A stretch of DNA of 64,000 nucleotides, taken from positions 372,001 to 436,000 of the forward strand of contig JBLDXI010000004.1 of the NCBI GenBank assembly GCA_047495785.1, in the 5' to 3' direction. Made by a program: the position numbers and the translations under genes. This document shows, in pieces, positions 62,945-64,000 of the stretch. A model generated the notes under the pieces. It was not told where the DNA came from. It saw only the letters and a list, made by a program, of their open reading frames with translations, and did not search any database. The first letter of the stretch is position 1; each line of letters begins with the position of its first letter. The stretch is from Lepidodermella squamata. Lineage: Eukaryota; Animalia; Gastrotricha.

Positions 62945-64000
62945 TTATATAGCCGTCAGAGTGCACTTCTTTTGTCTTTTTGGCTTCAATCCAGCCCTCC
63001 CTCCGTGAATATTTTTCGCCGATGGAAGGATCTCGAAATCATCCATACTGATGGCTCTCTGATTCTTACACCTAATTTTGCTGCTGGCCGGCCATCTCAC
63101 TGCTGTGAAGAGCAATAGTGTTGCCAAGGCTACGATGGCTATGAAAGCCATTCCCCACCATATCAACCTGCTGGTGCTGTAGGTGTCATAAGAGCCATAA
63201 CATAGCTGCTCGTCTACAGCATGGACCATTGTAAGGCTGTCGTCAAGTTGCCACAGCTTTTCGTTGGCAGCTGTCGAGGTGTCGTTGCGGTCATAAATGT
63301 GTATTTGTCGGTTAATGAAAAAAATGTCTGCACCCGCCGCCAGTGTTAAGACAGTGGCTGCGGATATATATGAAGTAATGTTTGCTGACGTTATCCGAAT
63401 TGCTTGTGATAACCAGAATTTGTTGTTGCCTAATCGAATCCATGGTGGCAAAATTTCGCAAAATGATGAACTTACTATGCAGTGGTCCTGTCGGTCTTTA
63501 TTTTCCGGATGCATCCATTCTACTTTGATTCTTTCTGCATAGACTTTCCAGGGGCATGTTACTGTGTTGTTTGACCTTCGACATGTTCTAAGAAGTGAAG
63601 ATGAAATGTAAAATTTTCCTTCATTGCAGGTGATGATAGGCTGGTAGAAATTGATGAGATAAAACGCGGAAATGACACAACGGTCATCTTTGGCGTAATG
63701 AAGAGGGATCACTCTGAGCAGTTGACATTGTTGTGAGTGATATTTACGTTTTAGTGCCAGACGTGTACGGCCGATAGACGCCGGGCTGAGACTTGATTCG
63801 TCTTGACTGTCAACCGCGTTACGATCCATTCTTCTAGCCCGCTTTCTGTCCCGTATCTCAGATGATTCTAGCAGCTCTGTATCAATAAATTGACGTCGTT
63901 TTCGTCTCGCATGCGATGGTGTCGTTTGCTCTGTTGTCGTCTTATCCAGTCGGGCTGTCGACGTCATGATTTTCGTAATAGCTGTTGGTGTCCTAGGACT
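62945..64000 (-). CDS. env-like membrane glycoprotein, C-terminal part (frame open to window edge)
   Basis: Basic RRKRR site, Cys-rich ectodomain with sequons NNT/NIT/NDT, TM helix WWGMAFIAIVALATLLLFTAV, basic tail; env position before the 3' LTR. Confidence 0.6.
   Translation of the reverse strand, partial: SPRTPTAITKIMTSTARLDKTTTEQTTPSHARRKRRQFIDTELLESSEIRDRKRARRMDRNAVDSQDESSLSPASIGRTRLALKRKYHSQQCQLLRVIPLHYAKDDRCVISAFYLINFYQPIITCNEGKFYISSSLLRTCRRSNNTVTCPWKVYAERIKVEWMHPENKDRQDHCIVSSSFCEILPPWIRLGNNKFWLSQAIRITSANITSYISAATVLTLAAGADIFFINRQIHIYDRNDTSTAANEKLWQLDDSLTMVHAVDEQLCYGSYDTYSTSRLIWWGMAFIAIVALATLLLFTAVRWPASSKIRCKNQRAISMDDFEILPSAKNIHGGRAGLKPKRQKKCTLTAI

Noticed and set aside
1-64000. tRNA/rRNA genes
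   Set aside because: None recognised by eye; tRNAscan-SE/Infernal not run.

Overview
AT-rich eukaryotic genomic DNA, most likely an invertebrate animal, with many short (~50-60 nt) GT-AG introns, so the ORF track fragments most genes. About 54 kb is a tandem cluster of eight paralogues (A-H) encoding secreted proteins: signal peptide, then 6 or 10 copies of a ~45-aa four-cysteine module, then a C-terminal C-type lectin-like domain (CTLD). By hand splicing only C (18 exons) and H (10 exons) look intact. F lacks its last exon. A, B, D, E and G are broken by frameshifts, deletions or transposons landing in exons. The cluster is dense with TEs, many with readable TIRs/TSDs: P, hAT, piggyBac, PIF/Harbinger and Tc1/pogo MITEs, a 5-kb CCC...GGG EnSpm-type element, a CR1/L2 3' fragment, an apparently intact intron-containing Ginger-type integrase transposon, and a decayed Helentron/Helitron2 carrying Rep, a truncated PIF1 helicase, a USP (C19) deubiquitinase and an RPA70-like gene. 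The right end has a small C2H2 zinc-finger gene and two nested LTR retrotransposons: a decayed Gypsy with an extra zinc-knuckle ORF 3' of integrase, and a second element with an env-like ORF plus an accessory ORF. All gene models were spliced by eye and no database searches were run.
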